Below are positions 52,763-61,942 of a DNA stretch of 64,000 bases, piece after piece; the stretch's first letter is position 1; every line of letters begins with the position of its first letter. Source of the DNA: Hydrurus foetidus (lineage: Eukaryota). The notes under the pieces were generated by a model. That model was not told the origin of the DNA, did no database searches, and saw nothing but the letters and a program-made list of their open reading frames with translations. Made by a program: the position numbers and the translations under genes. Location: positions 1,798,001-1,862,000 of the forward strand of contig UYFQ01000001.1 of the NCBI GenBank assembly GCA_900617105.1. Direction: 5' to 3'.

Positions 52763-53977
52763 ATGTCAGGTATTCAAGCGTTTTTACGCAGCGGCCACGC
52801 ACCCACTTTGGGCGCTGCATTTTTGTATTTCGCCTTTTCGTGCTGCATTTGGGTGCTGAACGGTGCCATGGCGCCGTTTATCTCTGAAACATTCAACTTA
52901 AGCCCCGCTCAAAAGGGTTTGATGTTGTCTATCCCGATCATTGCGGGCGCGCTGATGCGCTTTCCGCTGGGCTTGTTGTCGCAGTACATTGGCCGTAAAA
53001 ACGCCACGCTGGTTGAAATGGGCTTGATCGCCGTCGCCATGTTGTTTGGGTTTTTCTTTGTCAAAACCTTCAACGACTTGTTGGCCATGGGCGTGTTGCT
53101 GGGCATTGCGGGGGCCAGCTTTGGCGTGGCGCTGTCGCTTGGCTCAGGCTCGTTTCCGCCGCGTCACAAAGGCTTGGCCATGGGTCTGGTCGGCGCGGGC
53201 AACGTAGGCACAGCGGTGTCGGTGCTGATTGCGCCGCCACTGGCGCAGGCCTTCGGCTGGACAGCGGTGTACGGACTGGCAGCGCTGGCGATCAGCATTC
53301 CAATGGTAGTCATGATCGTGTTTGCCAAAGAGCCGCCTGACCTGGACAAGCATGCCACCTTCAAGCAGCACATTGCCTGCCTGTACGAAAAAGACGGCTG
53401 GGCCTTTAGTTTGATTTATGCAGTAACGTTCGGCGGCTTTATTGGCCTGGCTACTTTTCTACCTACGTACTACTACGACCAGTTCGCGGTCAGCAAAGTA
53501 CAAGCAGGTCAGCTCACCATGCTGGCGGCTTTTATGGGCGCGGCGTTGCGCGTATTTGGCGGCTGGATTTCTGATCGACTGGGCGGCGTGAACACATTGA
53601 CAATGGTGCTTGTGATCATTGCCATGACGCTCGCGGCCTGCGGCTTTGCGGGCGGCTCTTTAACGGCCACCACGCTGCTGATCATGCTGTGCTTTTCAGC
53701 GTTGGGCGCAGGTAACGGCGCCGTGTTTCAACTGGTGCCCTTGCGCTGGCCGTTGGCCACGGCGGTTGCGGGTTCCATGATTGGTGAAATTGGCGCGCTG
53801 GGCGGCGGCCTGGTGCCCAGCGCCATGGGATTGTCAAAGCAGTACGCTGACAGCTACAAGTGGGGCTTCTTTTTGTTCGCCGCGCTGGCTTTGGTGATGC
53901 TCGGCATGTTGCGGATCATGCAACTGCGCTGGACAAGGACATGGGCTGAAAAAGGTGGGCGAGCGCGCAGCGCATAA
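52763..53977 (+). CDS. NarK/NasA-family nitrate/nitrite MFS transporter
   Basis: Nitrate signature LGIAGASF...G.A.G.VGAGNVG; LGAGNGAVFQLVP.R. Confidence 0.88.
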   Translation: MSGIQAFLRSGHAPTLGAAFLYFAFSCCIWVLNGAMAPFISETFNLSPAQKGLMLSIPIIAGALMRFPLGLLSQYIGRKNATLVEMGLIAVAMLFGFFFVKTFNDLLAMGVLLGIAGASFGVALSLGSGSFPPRHKGLAMGLVGAGNVGTAVSVLIAPPLAQAFGWTAVYGLAALAISIPMVVMIVFAKEPPDLDKHATFKQHIACLYEKDGWAFSLIYAVTFGGFIGLATFLPTYYYDQFAVSKVQAGQLTMLAAFMGAALRVFGGWISDRLGGVNTLTMVLVIIAMTLAACGFAGGSLTATTLLIMLCFSALGAGNGAVFQLVPLRWPLATAVAGSMIGEIGALGGGLVPSAMGLSKQYADSYKWGFFLFAALALVMLGMLRIMQLRWTRTWAEKGGRARSA

Positions 53978-54148
53978 GAGCGAAGCGACAAAAAGCGCAA
54001 TGCGCTTTTGCCCAACTTTTCACCGCAGGCAAGAGGGAGGCCGCGCACGAAGTGCGTGAGCTGCGCAGCAGATAAAGCGCGCAGCGATTGGCCTAACTTT
54101 CACCGCAGGTAAAAGGTGGGCGGGCGCGCAGTGCGTGAGATGCAGAAC
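53950..54148 (+). repeat. ~2.5 imperfect tandem copies of an ~80-bp hairpin-rich unit
   Basis: Units start at 53950, 54031 and 54111; AACTTT(T)CACCGCAGG occurs twice and AAAAGGTGGGCG.GCGCGCAG twice. Confidence 0.75.
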
Positions 54149-54199
54149 ACGTCGTCCACGCGCCGCTGCCTTGTTTTGACCTGCCATTTTGGTTTTTTT

Positions 54200-54240
54200 A
54201 CTATTAATTTAGTAGCTGCTCGCACCCGTATTCATTCGGC
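54200..54240 (+). repeat. 41-bp-core dispersed repeat, copy 12 (intergenic, convergent genes)
   Basis: ACT-ATTAATTTAGT-AGC-TGCTCGC-ACC-CGTATTCATTC-GGC then TACAG. Confidence 0.92.
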
Positions 54241-54279
54241 TACAGCCCTATTAAGCACTGAAAAACGACTATTTTTAGC

Positions 54280-56058
54280 TCATTTAGGCAAAAACAGCAA
54301 CCAGTACACCAGCAGCAGGTTAAACAACACGCTGATACCCAATGCCAGCTTCCACAATGCGGTGGGGTCGCGCTGCATCAGGGGTGTGGCTTGCAATGCG
54401 GTGAGGGGGCGTGATGCGCCACGCTCGAGCGCCAACAGCATTTCTTCGGCGGTTTCAAAGCGCAGTTTTTTGTCTAGCGCCACCGCTTTCAGCACCACGT
54501 GGTCTAGCCAAATCGGCACTTCGGGGTTGTGGCGGCTGGGCGCCACGGGGTCGCGGTAATAGCGGCCCACTTGGTAGGGCAGCACGTCGCCATAGGGGAG
54601 CTTGCCTGTTAGCAGCTGGTACAGCGTGACGCCGAGCGAAAACAAATCGCTTTGCGCGTCGGGCGCTTCAGGTGGCACGTCACCTGCATTACCCCGATTA
54701 CCGCCCGCGCCATTAAAACCCCACTGTTCGGGGTTGATGTAGCTGGGTGTGCCGGCGTGCAGCGCGTGCATCGCCTCGGGCTCGCGGCCTGACAGGGCAA
54801 CGCCGAGGTCAAGCACGCGCAGTACCCCGTCTTCACCCTGATGCAAATTGGCGGGCTTGATGTCGCGGTGAACAACGTTTTGGCGATGCAGCCGCCCAAG
54901 CGCTTTGGCCACTTGTACGGCGGCGCTGATGGCTTGTTGCACCGGGAGCTTTTGCTGAAGGGTCAGCAGTTGTTGCAGCGTCTCGCCTGCATGCCAGTCG
55001 TACAGCAGGTAAAACGCGCTGGGGCTGTGGCCGTTGGGCAGCCGGTCATGAATATTGACAAAATACGGCGCCGCGCTAGACGACTGCATGCGCTTGGCCA
55101 GCCAAGCCTCGTGCGCCAACATGGCGCGCTCCTCCACGTCATGCGCTCGCGCGGGGTGCAGCGTCTTCAGGGCGTAGAGTTTTTGCGTATTGATATCGCG
55201 GACCTGGTAGAGCACATTGATGCCGTTATCTGCCACCGGCGCGGTGATGACAAAGCCATCCATGGCGTCCCCCACTTTCAACTTGCCGGGGATGCTGAGC
55301 GCCTGCGCATGGCGGTTTTCGTCTTGCAGGCTGGCGTTAAGCAAGCTGCGCACGCGCACCACCAGCGCAGTCACGTTGTCGTGCGTACCTGCCGCAATTG
55401 CCTCATCCACCAGCTGCTGGCTTAACGTGGCGGAATCGACATCGTCCAGGGCGGGGTTGGCGCTGGCAATAAGGGTGCTCAAGCGCTTGGCCGAAAGCGC
55501 ACCATGCACGCCATCGGACAACAGCACAAACACATCGCCTACAAACAGATCGCCTTGTGAATAGTCCACGACCAAGCGGTGTTCAGCCCCCACGCAGCGA
55601 AGTAACTGATGCTTCAGATCAGGGTGGTTGACCATGTGGTCGGTGCTGATCTGACTCACGCGGCGCGCCCGCAGCAAGTAGGCACGCGTGTCGCCCACAT
55701 GCGCGAGTGTGTACGACTGCCCGCGCAGCACCACGGCGGTCAGCGTGGTAAAGCCCAACACCGGATGCCTGCGCCGGTTCAGCCCCGCCAGCCAGGTATT
55801 TTGGGCGCTGATGATGCGGTCAAGCGCCACCGTGGTGTCCCAGGTTTCAGGCGTGCCATAGTAGTCGCGCACCAGGCTGGTAACGGTGGTTTGTGCAGCT
55901 TCTTTGCCCATGCCGCCAGTGCTTACGCCATCGGCAATGGCAACGATGGATCCCATGGCCTCCTGGCCGGGCTCGGGCAACATGGCAGCACAAAAGTCTT
56001 CGTTAACGTCTTTGCGGCCAGCTAGAGACGCAAAGCCAATGTCAATCTCAAAAGTCAT
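54280..56058 (-). CDS. bifunctional PP2C phosphatase / Ser/Thr kinase with C-terminal TM helix
   Basis: NEDF, IADGV, HVGDTRAY, LSDGV, DNVT; HRDIKPAN, DLG, GTPSY..PE; homologues are known in nitrate-assimilation clusters. Confidence 0.9.
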   Translation of the reverse strand: MTFEIDIGFASLAGRKDVNEDFCAAMLPEPGQEAMGSIVAIADGVSTGGMGKEAAQTTVTSLVRDYYGTPETWDTTVALDRIISAQNTWLAGLNRRRHPVLGFTTLTAVVLRGQSYTLAHVGDTRAYLLRARRVSQISTDHMVNHPDLKHQLLRCVGAEHRLVVDYSQGDLFVGDVFVLLSDGVHGALSAKRLSTLIASANPALDDVDSATLSQQLVDEAIAAGTHDNVTALVVRVRSLLNASLQDENRHAQALSIPGKLKVGDAMDGFVITAPVADNGINVLYQVRDINTQKLYALKTLHPARAHDVEERAMLAHEAWLAKRMQSSSAAPYFVNIHDRLPNGHSPSAFYLLYDWHAGETLQQLLTLQQKLPVQQAISAAVQVAKALGRLHRQNVVHRDIKPANLHQGEDGVLRVLDLGVALSGREPEAMHALHAGTPSYINPEQWGFNGAGGNRGNAGDVPPEAPDAQSDLFSLGVTLYQLLTGKLPYGDVLPYQVGRYYRDPVAPSRHNPEVPIWLDHVVLKAVALDKKLRFETAEEMLLALERGASRPLTALQATPLMQRDPTALWKLALGISVLFNLLLVYWLLFLPK

Positions 56059-56070
56059 GCACCAAAGCAA

Positions 56071-56085
56071 GCAACTTTTGCGCCT
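56071..56085 (-). promoter_or_regulatory. sigma54 promoter of the kinase/phosphatase gene
   Basis: Minus strand AGGCGC-AAAAG-TTGC (GG-N10-GC); TGCACCA half-site upstream (56100-06). Confidence 0.55.
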
Positions 56086-56155
56086 GACGTGATCTGTTGT
56101 GGTGCATGATCCGTCGCTGTGCGCTGTGCATAAAGCCTAGGCTCAAGCAAAAAAA

Positions 56156-56938
56156 TTAAGTAGCGCCAACGTGCTTGGCGGCCTCGCCTTTCGCCCGACT
56201 CGCCAGATGAGCAGCTGGCGCTAACCTCGGCGCTTTAGCATCACGCGTTGCCAACACGAGTTCAATGTCAATGCTGGCACTGTCGATAAGCACGAGGATG
56301 GCCTTTTCAGCTTTGGCGGGGGCCCTGGCAATCACGGCGTCCAGAACCGCTCGGTGCAGGTGCAACGAAGCAGCTGGGCCGTTTTGCAGTTTGGTAGAAA
56401 TTTCAAAACTGGTTCTGAGCAGCGCATCCAGCGCCTTGCTCATTTGCACCACCATGCGGTTGTGGCAGGCGCGCAGTAACCCTTGGTGAAACAGCAGGTC
56501 ATGCGCAACGTAGTCGCCGCCATTTTCAACCGCGTCTTTCATGCCGGCGTAGGCAAGCTCGATCAGCGCGATGTCTTGGGCGGTGGCCCGCTCAGCCGCC
56601 AGGCGAATGCCCGCGGGCTCTACCACCCGGCGGAGTTCTTGTAAGTCGCGCAAATACTGAGCACTTAGGCCGCTTTGAGATTGCCAGCTCACCAAATCAG
56701 GGTCAAACCAGTTCCATTGGTCTTCGGGCAGCACTCGCGTGCCGACTTTTGGCCCCGTCACCAGCAGACCTTTAGCCACCAGCGACTTCACCACTTCGCG
56801 TATCACCGTGCGGCTGACGCCTAGTTCACTGCAAAGCGCCTGCTCAGGCTGCAACGAACTTCCGCAAGGGTACTGACCGGACACGATTCGTTGCCCCAGC
56901 AAGTCAAGCGTGTTGCCATGGACGTTTTTGATTTTCAT
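56156..56938 (-). CDS. FadR/GntR-family regulator (DgoR-like)
   Basis: GVSRTVIRE..K.L..KGL....PKVGTRV....WN.FD; FCD domain. Confidence 0.88.
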   Translation of the reverse strand: MKIKNVHGNTLDLLGQRIVSGQYPCGSSLQPEQALCSELGVSRTVIREVVKSLVAKGLLVTGPKVGTRVLPEDQWNWFDPDLVSWQSQSGLSAQYLRDLQELRRVVEPAGIRLAAERATAQDIALIELAYAGMKDAVENGGDYVAHDLLFHQGLLRACHNRMVVQMSKALDALLRTSFEISTKLQNGPAASLHLHRAVLDAVIARAPAKAEKAILVLIDSASIDIELVLATRDAKAPRLAPAAHLASRAKGEAAKHVGAT

Positions 56939-57013
56939 GTGAGTCCATTAGACCTGGCAAGTGGTCGCGTGCGGTTTGCGGCATTTGCATAGGGTACCGC
57001 GTTACAACGCACC

Positions 57014-57838
57014 CTACCCTTTGACTGCACCAGCCGTCAAGCCGCTGATGATCTGGCGCGCAGCGACAAAGGTGAATATCAGCGGCGGAATGGCAATCAG
57101 GCTGCCCATCGCCATCACCTTGCCCCAGTCCACGCCCATGTCAGTGATAAACAATGACGCCGCAACAGGCAGCGTGCGGGTATTGCGATCGGTCAGCACG
57201 AGCGCCAAAATAAACTCGTTCCAGGCAATTCGGAAGGTAAAAATTGACGCCGCCGCCAGCCCCGGCGCCATCAGCGGCAACAGCACCTTGACGAAAATTT
57301 GAATAGGGCTGCAGCCGTCGATAGCGGCTGCCTCCTCCAGCTCAATCGGCACTTGCAGCACAAAGCCATAAAGCAGCCAGATCGTGAACGGCAAATTCAC
57401 TGCCACGTAAAGCAAAATCAAACCCGGCAAGCTGTTGACCAGTTTCCACTCGTTCCAGATCATAAAAACCGGAATCGCCATCACAGCCAGCGGCACGGTA
57501 CGTAGCAGCAGCGTGGTGTACGCCACGGTATGCCTGCCCGGAAACCGAAAGCGTGCCAAGCCATACGCCGCCATGCAGCCCAGCACCAGCGTGATAACAG
57601 TAGACGACAGCCCCACAATCAGGCTGTTAACCAGATACCGGTCAAACTTGTCTTCTTGCAGAACGGCTCGGTAGTTTTCCAGCGTAGGAGTGAACAAAAA
57701 GTTCAACGGCTCAGAGAAAATTTGCACCTGCTGGCGCAAGCTGGTGGCGAAAATAACCACGATGGGCGCCACACACAAAATCGCCAAAACGATCAGCATC
57801 AGGTAATGCCCAGCAACGACCCAAACAGACTGTTTCAC
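57014..57838 (-). CDS. carbohydrate ABC permease
   Basis: EEAAAIDGC, AWNEF, TRTLPV. Confidence 0.92.
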   Translation of the reverse strand: MKQSVWVVAGHYLMLIVLAILCVAPIVVIFATSLRQQVQIFSEPLNFLFTPTLENYRAVLQEDKFDRYLVNSLIVGLSSTVITLVLGCMAAYGLARFRFPGRHTVAYTTLLLRTVPLAVMAIPVFMIWNEWKLVNSLPGLILLYVAVNLPFTIWLLYGFVLQVPIELEEAAAIDGCSPIQIFVKVLLPLMAPGLAAASIFTFRIAWNEFILALVLTDRNTRTLPVAASLFITDMGVDWGKVMAMGSLIAIPPLIFTFVAARQIISGLTAGAVKG

Positions 57839-58710
57839 CGCTCATCCTTTAGTGGGTTAGACAAGCGCAGCGCGCCCCATGACAGCAACGCCACCACCAC
57901 CAGTAGCAGCACCGACACCGCGCCAGCCACACCCAATTGCTGGCCAACAAAAGCCGTTTTGTAGATGTGCAGTGACAAAATTTCAGTAGAGTCGCCCGGC
58001 CCGCCGAAGGTCAGTACATAAATCACTTCAAGCACCCTGAAGGCGTCGATCAACCGCATCATCAGCGTGATGGCAATGACATGCATGATCATCGGCAGCT
58101 TGACTAAAAAAGTCATTTGCAGCCAGTTGGCACCGTCAATGCGGGACGCCTCTATTGCAGCACTGTCGACATTGGCCAGCGCTGCAATGATCATGATGAA
58201 AACAAACGGCGTCCACTGCCAGACGTCAGCAATCACAATCGCTATAAAAGCCAGTTGCGGATCAGCCAGCCATATCTTGGCCGATATGCCAAACAACGCC
58301 AGTACCGCGTTGACCAGACCAAACTGCGCATCAAACAAGTACCGCCACGCCAGCCCAACGGCAATGGGCGCAATCATCATGGGCAAAATAAACAGCGTTC
58401 TAAAAAACGCCATGCCGCGCACGGGGTGTTCGAGCGCCAGCGCCAGCGCGATGCCCAGCGCCATCTCGAGGCTGACGCACACCGCAGCAAACATCAACGT
58501 AGTCAACAGCGACGACCACACCCGGGGGTTAGAAAACGCAGAAACAAAGTTATCAATACCGACCCAGCGTGCGCTGCTCCACGGGGTACCCATGCTCCAG
58601 TCAAACAGGCTCAACTGAAAAGCCGATATCACCGGGTACAAGCAGGCCGCCGCCATCACCAGGACGGCAGGGCCAACAAACAGGGCCGAAGCCCATTTGG
58701 AATTACGCAT
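57835..58710 (-). CDS. carbohydrate ABC permease
   Basis: DVWQWTPF, EASRIDGA, TFGGPG. Confidence 0.92.
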   Translation of the reverse strand: MRNSKWASALFVGPAVLVMAAACLYPVISAFQLSLFDWSMGTPWSSARWVGIDNFVSAFSNPRVWSSLLTTLMFAAVCVSLEMALGIALALALEHPVRGMAFFRTLFILPMMIAPIAVGLAWRYLFDAQFGLVNAVLALFGISAKIWLADPQLAFIAIVIADVWQWTPFVFIMIIAALANVDSAAIEASRIDGANWLQMTFLVKLPMIMHVIAITLMMRLIDAFRVLEVIYVLTFGGPGDSTEILSLHIYKTAFVGQQLGVAGAVSVLLLVVVALLSWGALRLSNPLKDER

Positions 58711-58738
58711 GCTTTGGAGTCTATTGATTAATGCTGTA

Positions 58739-60070
58739 TCAGACCTTATAGCCCGCTTCGCGCATGATTTCCGTGACAGGACCCATCATACCGTTGAGCG
58801 CGTCTTCGGCCGATTTTTTGCCTGTGAGTGCCTCAGAAATGCCCACACCCAATGCCTGCACGTTGATCTTGTCCCACACCGCAATAATCGGACGCCAGTC
58901 AGGTGCGGAGTACTTCAGCGCTTCTTTGAAGGTGATGAATTCCGGATACTGGCGCACCAAATCGGCGTCGGTCATAGTTGAGTTGCGCGTAGGCGCGCCA
59001 CCCAATTTGGCAACCGCCTTGTCTTGTTGCTTGGACGTTAACCATTGCATCAGCAAAAAGCCAGCGTCAGCGTTTTTCGCATTTTTCGGAATAGTCAAAC
59101 CCAAGCCGCCAGACTGCGACGCGCGCTTGACGCCTTGCGGGTGCAGCGCCCAGCTCACGTTGCCCACTACTTTGCTGCGTGCTGAGTCATTGACCACACC
59201 AGCAAATGAAGTGGAGTCCAAATACATGGCGGCCTGCCCCTGCAAGAACGCGGTGTTGGACTCGCCCTGGCCGTAGCCCGCAATACCGGCTGGACCAGTA
59301 GCCACCACATCTTGCAAAAACTTCAAAGCGGCCACACCGGCTTTGTCGTTAAAACGTGGCTTCCAGTTGTCGTCGAAAATCGCGCCGCCCAGTGGGTTCA
59401 AATGCAGCAACCAGGCATGTACAGCCTGGTGCCCGGCCTGGCCGCGCGAGGTCAGTGCGCCAATGCCAGATTGGTCCTTCAGCACGCGCAGCGCCTTACT
59501 AAAGTCGTCATAGGTTTCGGGCACCTTGAGGTTGAGTTTGGCAAACACGTCGCGACGGTAAGCCAATACCGAAGTTTCTGCACCGTAAGGCAAGCCATAA
59601 AGCTTGGCGCCAGGCCCGGCAAGGTAGCCTTTAGGCCCACCGACCAAGCCAAGGTTTTCCAGGTAAATCGGGATAATGTCTTTCATGTCGTAGGCCGGGT
59701 CTGCCAACGCAGGATTAGCAAAAAACGTATCCAGCGGAAGCACCAGATTTTTAGACACGTACTCGGTCTTCCACATGACGATGTAGCAAGCCAGGTCGTA
59801 GTCGCCTTGGGGCTTGGCCATTTCAAGCAGTTGCTTTTCTTTCAGCCGACCAATCGCCAGCTTGTCAATTTCAACTTTAATGCCGGTTTCTTTGGTGAAC
59901 TCTGGCAACAGTTTGGTCATCGCGTCGTAGTGCGGATGCGCTGGAATATTGATGGTGACGGTTTTGCCAGCATATTTAGCGTAACGGCTTTGCGCATTTG
60001 CGCCGCTGTACGGCAGCCCGGCGCCAAATACCGTGATGGCACTGCCTTTAACAAAGTCTCTGCGTTTCAT
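58739..60070 (-). CDS. carbohydrate ABC substrate-binding protein (Tat signal)
   Basis: MKRRDFVK signal; FTKETGIKV, LYGLP, FLQGQAAM. Confidence 0.9.
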   Translation of the reverse strand: MKRRDFVKGSAITVFGAGLPYSGANAQSRYAKYAGKTVTINIPAHPHYDAMTKLLPEFTKETGIKVEIDKLAIGRLKEKQLLEMAKPQGDYDLACYIVMWKTEYVSKNLVLPLDTFFANPALADPAYDMKDIIPIYLENLGLVGGPKGYLAGPGAKLYGLPYGAETSVLAYRRDVFAKLNLKVPETYDDFSKALRVLKDQSGIGALTSRGQAGHQAVHAWLLHLNPLGGAIFDDNWKPRFNDKAGVAALKFLQDVVATGPAGIAGYGQGESNTAFLQGQAAMYLDSTSFAGVVNDSARSKVVGNVSWALHPQGVKRASQSGGLGLTIPKNAKNADAGFLLMQWLTSKQQDKAVAKLGGAPTRNSTMTDADLVRQYPEFITFKEALKYSAPDWRPIIAVWDKINVQALGVGISEALTGKKSAEDALNGMMGPVTEIMREAGYKV

Positions 60071-60112
60071 TGGAAGTCTCCTGGAGTGGTTATAAAGTTA
60101 GGCGAAAAAAAA

Positions 60113-61225
60113 CTATTTGCGCAGCGATTGCCCGCTGGCCGTGTCAAACACATGCAGGGTATCTGGCGCTACTGCCAAGCGCAAATGCCCGTGCAGCAGG
60201 CCCTTGGCGTCACCCGAAATAATGGCCGACACCCGCTGGCGGTCGGGCGAATTCAAATGGCCCACTACCTGGCTTTCGGTGCCCAAGTACTCAACTACGT
60301 CCACCTTGACAGACAAACAAGGCGCGCTTGCATCAGCGCAGGCCACCAGCGCCTGGGGCCGTACGCCGACGGTCAACGACTGGTCTGCCGCCGGTGGGCT
60401 GACACTGAGCCAGCTTGGCGCATCAAGCGCGAAACCGTTGCATTGCAGCGTTGCCTTGCCCGCCTGGTTTTTATAGTACGCGTTAAAAAAGTTCATGGTG
60501 GGCGTGCCAATAAACCCCGCCACAAACAAGCTGGCGGGCTGGTTAAAAACATCCGACGGCGTACCGACTTGTTGAATGCGGCCCTTGTCAAAAATCACAA
60601 TTCGGTCAGCCAGCGTCATGGCTTCAACTTGGTCGTGCGTAACATACACGGTGGTTTTACCCAAGCGCTTGTGCAGCAAGGCGAGTTCAGCACGCATATG
60701 GCCGCGAAGCTTGGCGTCCAGATTAGACAGTGGTTCGTCGAATAAAAAAACCTCTGGCTCCCGCACGATTGCCCGGCCAATGGCCACGCGCTGGCGTTGC
60801 CCGCCCGATAGCTCCTTCGGTTTGCGGCCTAGCAGGTGTTCAATGTTCAATATTTGAGCGGCTTTGGCGACCTTCGCATCAATTTCGCTTTGCGGACGGC
60901 CACTTAGCCGCAGCGCAAAAGACATGTTTTGCGCCACGTTCATGTGCGGGTAAAGCGCGTAGTTTTGAAACACCATGGCGATGTCTCTTGCCATCGGCGG
61001 CACGTCAGTGACATCGCGACCTGCAATAAATATTCGCCCTTCGGTCACTGTTTCCAGCCCGGCGATCATGCGCAGTGTGGTGGATTTTCCGCAGCCGGAT
61101 TCGCCCAGCAACACAACAAATTCGCCGCCTGCAACGGTCAAATTCATTTCCTGCACGACTGTCACATCGCCAAAGCGCTTGGCGATGTTTTTTAATTCGA
61201 GTCCGTGGGTAGTCTTTGCTGTCAT
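60113..61225 (-). CDS. MalK/UgpC-type ABC ATP-binding protein
   Basis: GESGCGKSTTLRMIAG, VFQNYALYPHM, LSGGQRQR, DEPLSNLDAKLR, TOBE tail. Confidence 0.93.
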   Translation of the reverse strand: MTAKTTHGLELKNIAKRFGDVTVVQEMNLTVAGGEFVVLLGESGCGKSTTLRMIAGLETVTEGRIFIAGRDVTDVPPMARDIAMVFQNYALYPHMNVAQNMSFALRLSGRPQSEIDAKVAKAAQILNIEHLLGRKPKELSGGQRQRVAIGRAIVREPEVFLFDEPLSNLDAKLRGHMRAELALLHKRLGKTTVYVTHDQVEAMTLADRIVIFDKGRIQQVGTPSDVFNQPASLFVAGFIGTPTMNFFNAYYKNQAGKATLQCNGFALDAPSWLSVSPPAADQSLTVGVRPQALVACADASAPCLSVKVDVVEYLGTESQVVGHLNSPDRQRVSAIISGDAKGLLHGHLRLAVAPDTLHVFDTASGQSLRK

Positions 61226-61237
61226 GTCTGTCTCTTT

Positions 61238-61942
61238 TTATCTTTTGTCCGACGGGCGCGACATGCCCCATCCGCTCAGTGGCTTGCGGTTGCCCGGATG
61301 AATGGGCTCCGGTCCCCAAATCGCCTGATAAGTGTCAATCGCCAAGCCGCGCCGCTGCAACACCGTAAAAGCGACTGCTAGAGCTAGCCACCAAACACAA
61401 AGCACCAGCAACATCCAGCGCGGCGCATCAACCAGTAGCAAACCAGAAAAAATAACGCTTACCGCCACCAACAATGCCACCCAGCCCAAGCTTTTATGCA
61501 AACGCTCAAACAGCAAACGCCGGCGCGTCATGTCGTAGTGGTCACCCCGCAACACGATGTCGGTCGGGCCGCCCTTGCTGCCGCGAAGCCAGCCAGCAAC
61601 TATTTGCAACCAGGCTGCGGCAAACAGGCCCCAGCCTGCCCACGCATGCAGCTTCGTCGCCAAGCTGGCTTGCGCACCTTGGTTAAATGACAGCACCACA
61701 CCTGCGGACACAGCAACAACGCCTGCATATTGCAACGCAAGGTGCCCGTGCCACCAAACCTTGCTGTCAAGATCGGTTGGCCAGTTTTGCCCTCGGGTTA
61801 CCTTAAAAAACCGCGCAAGCAACGCCCCTAACGGCAACAAAATAGCCCAGCCCAGAACCATGGTACGGGCGTGCCAAAAAGCCCACGGCGCAATGGAATG
61901 CTCATTGCTGCCGCTCAAGGGAGTTTGAAGCCAGTCGATCAT
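61238..61942 (-). CDS. cytochrome b561-domain membrane protein
   Basis: About five TM helices with four spaced His (WHARTM, WHGHL, LHAWAG, LHKSLG); ATG overlaps the upstream stop. Confidence 0.7.
   Translation of the reverse strand: MIDWLQTPLSGSNEHSIAPWAFWHARTMVLGWAILLPLGALLARFFKVTRGQNWPTDLDSKVWWHGHLALQYAGVVAVSAGVVLSFNQGAQASLATKLHAWAGWGLFAAAWLQIVAGWLRGSKGGPTDIVLRGDHYDMTRRRLLFERLHKSLGWVALLVAVSVIFSGLLLVDAPRWMLLVLCVWWLALAVAFTVLQRRGLAIDTYQAIWGPEPIHPGNRKPLSGWGMSRPSDKR

Noticed and set aside
53950..54148. Possible CRISPR array
   Set aside because: Units are diverged along their whole length, with no identical repeats, no unique spacers and no cas genes.
59312..60745. 477-aa plus-strand ORF
   Set aside because: Antisense to the sugar SBP and ATPase genes, with no protein motifs or RBS.
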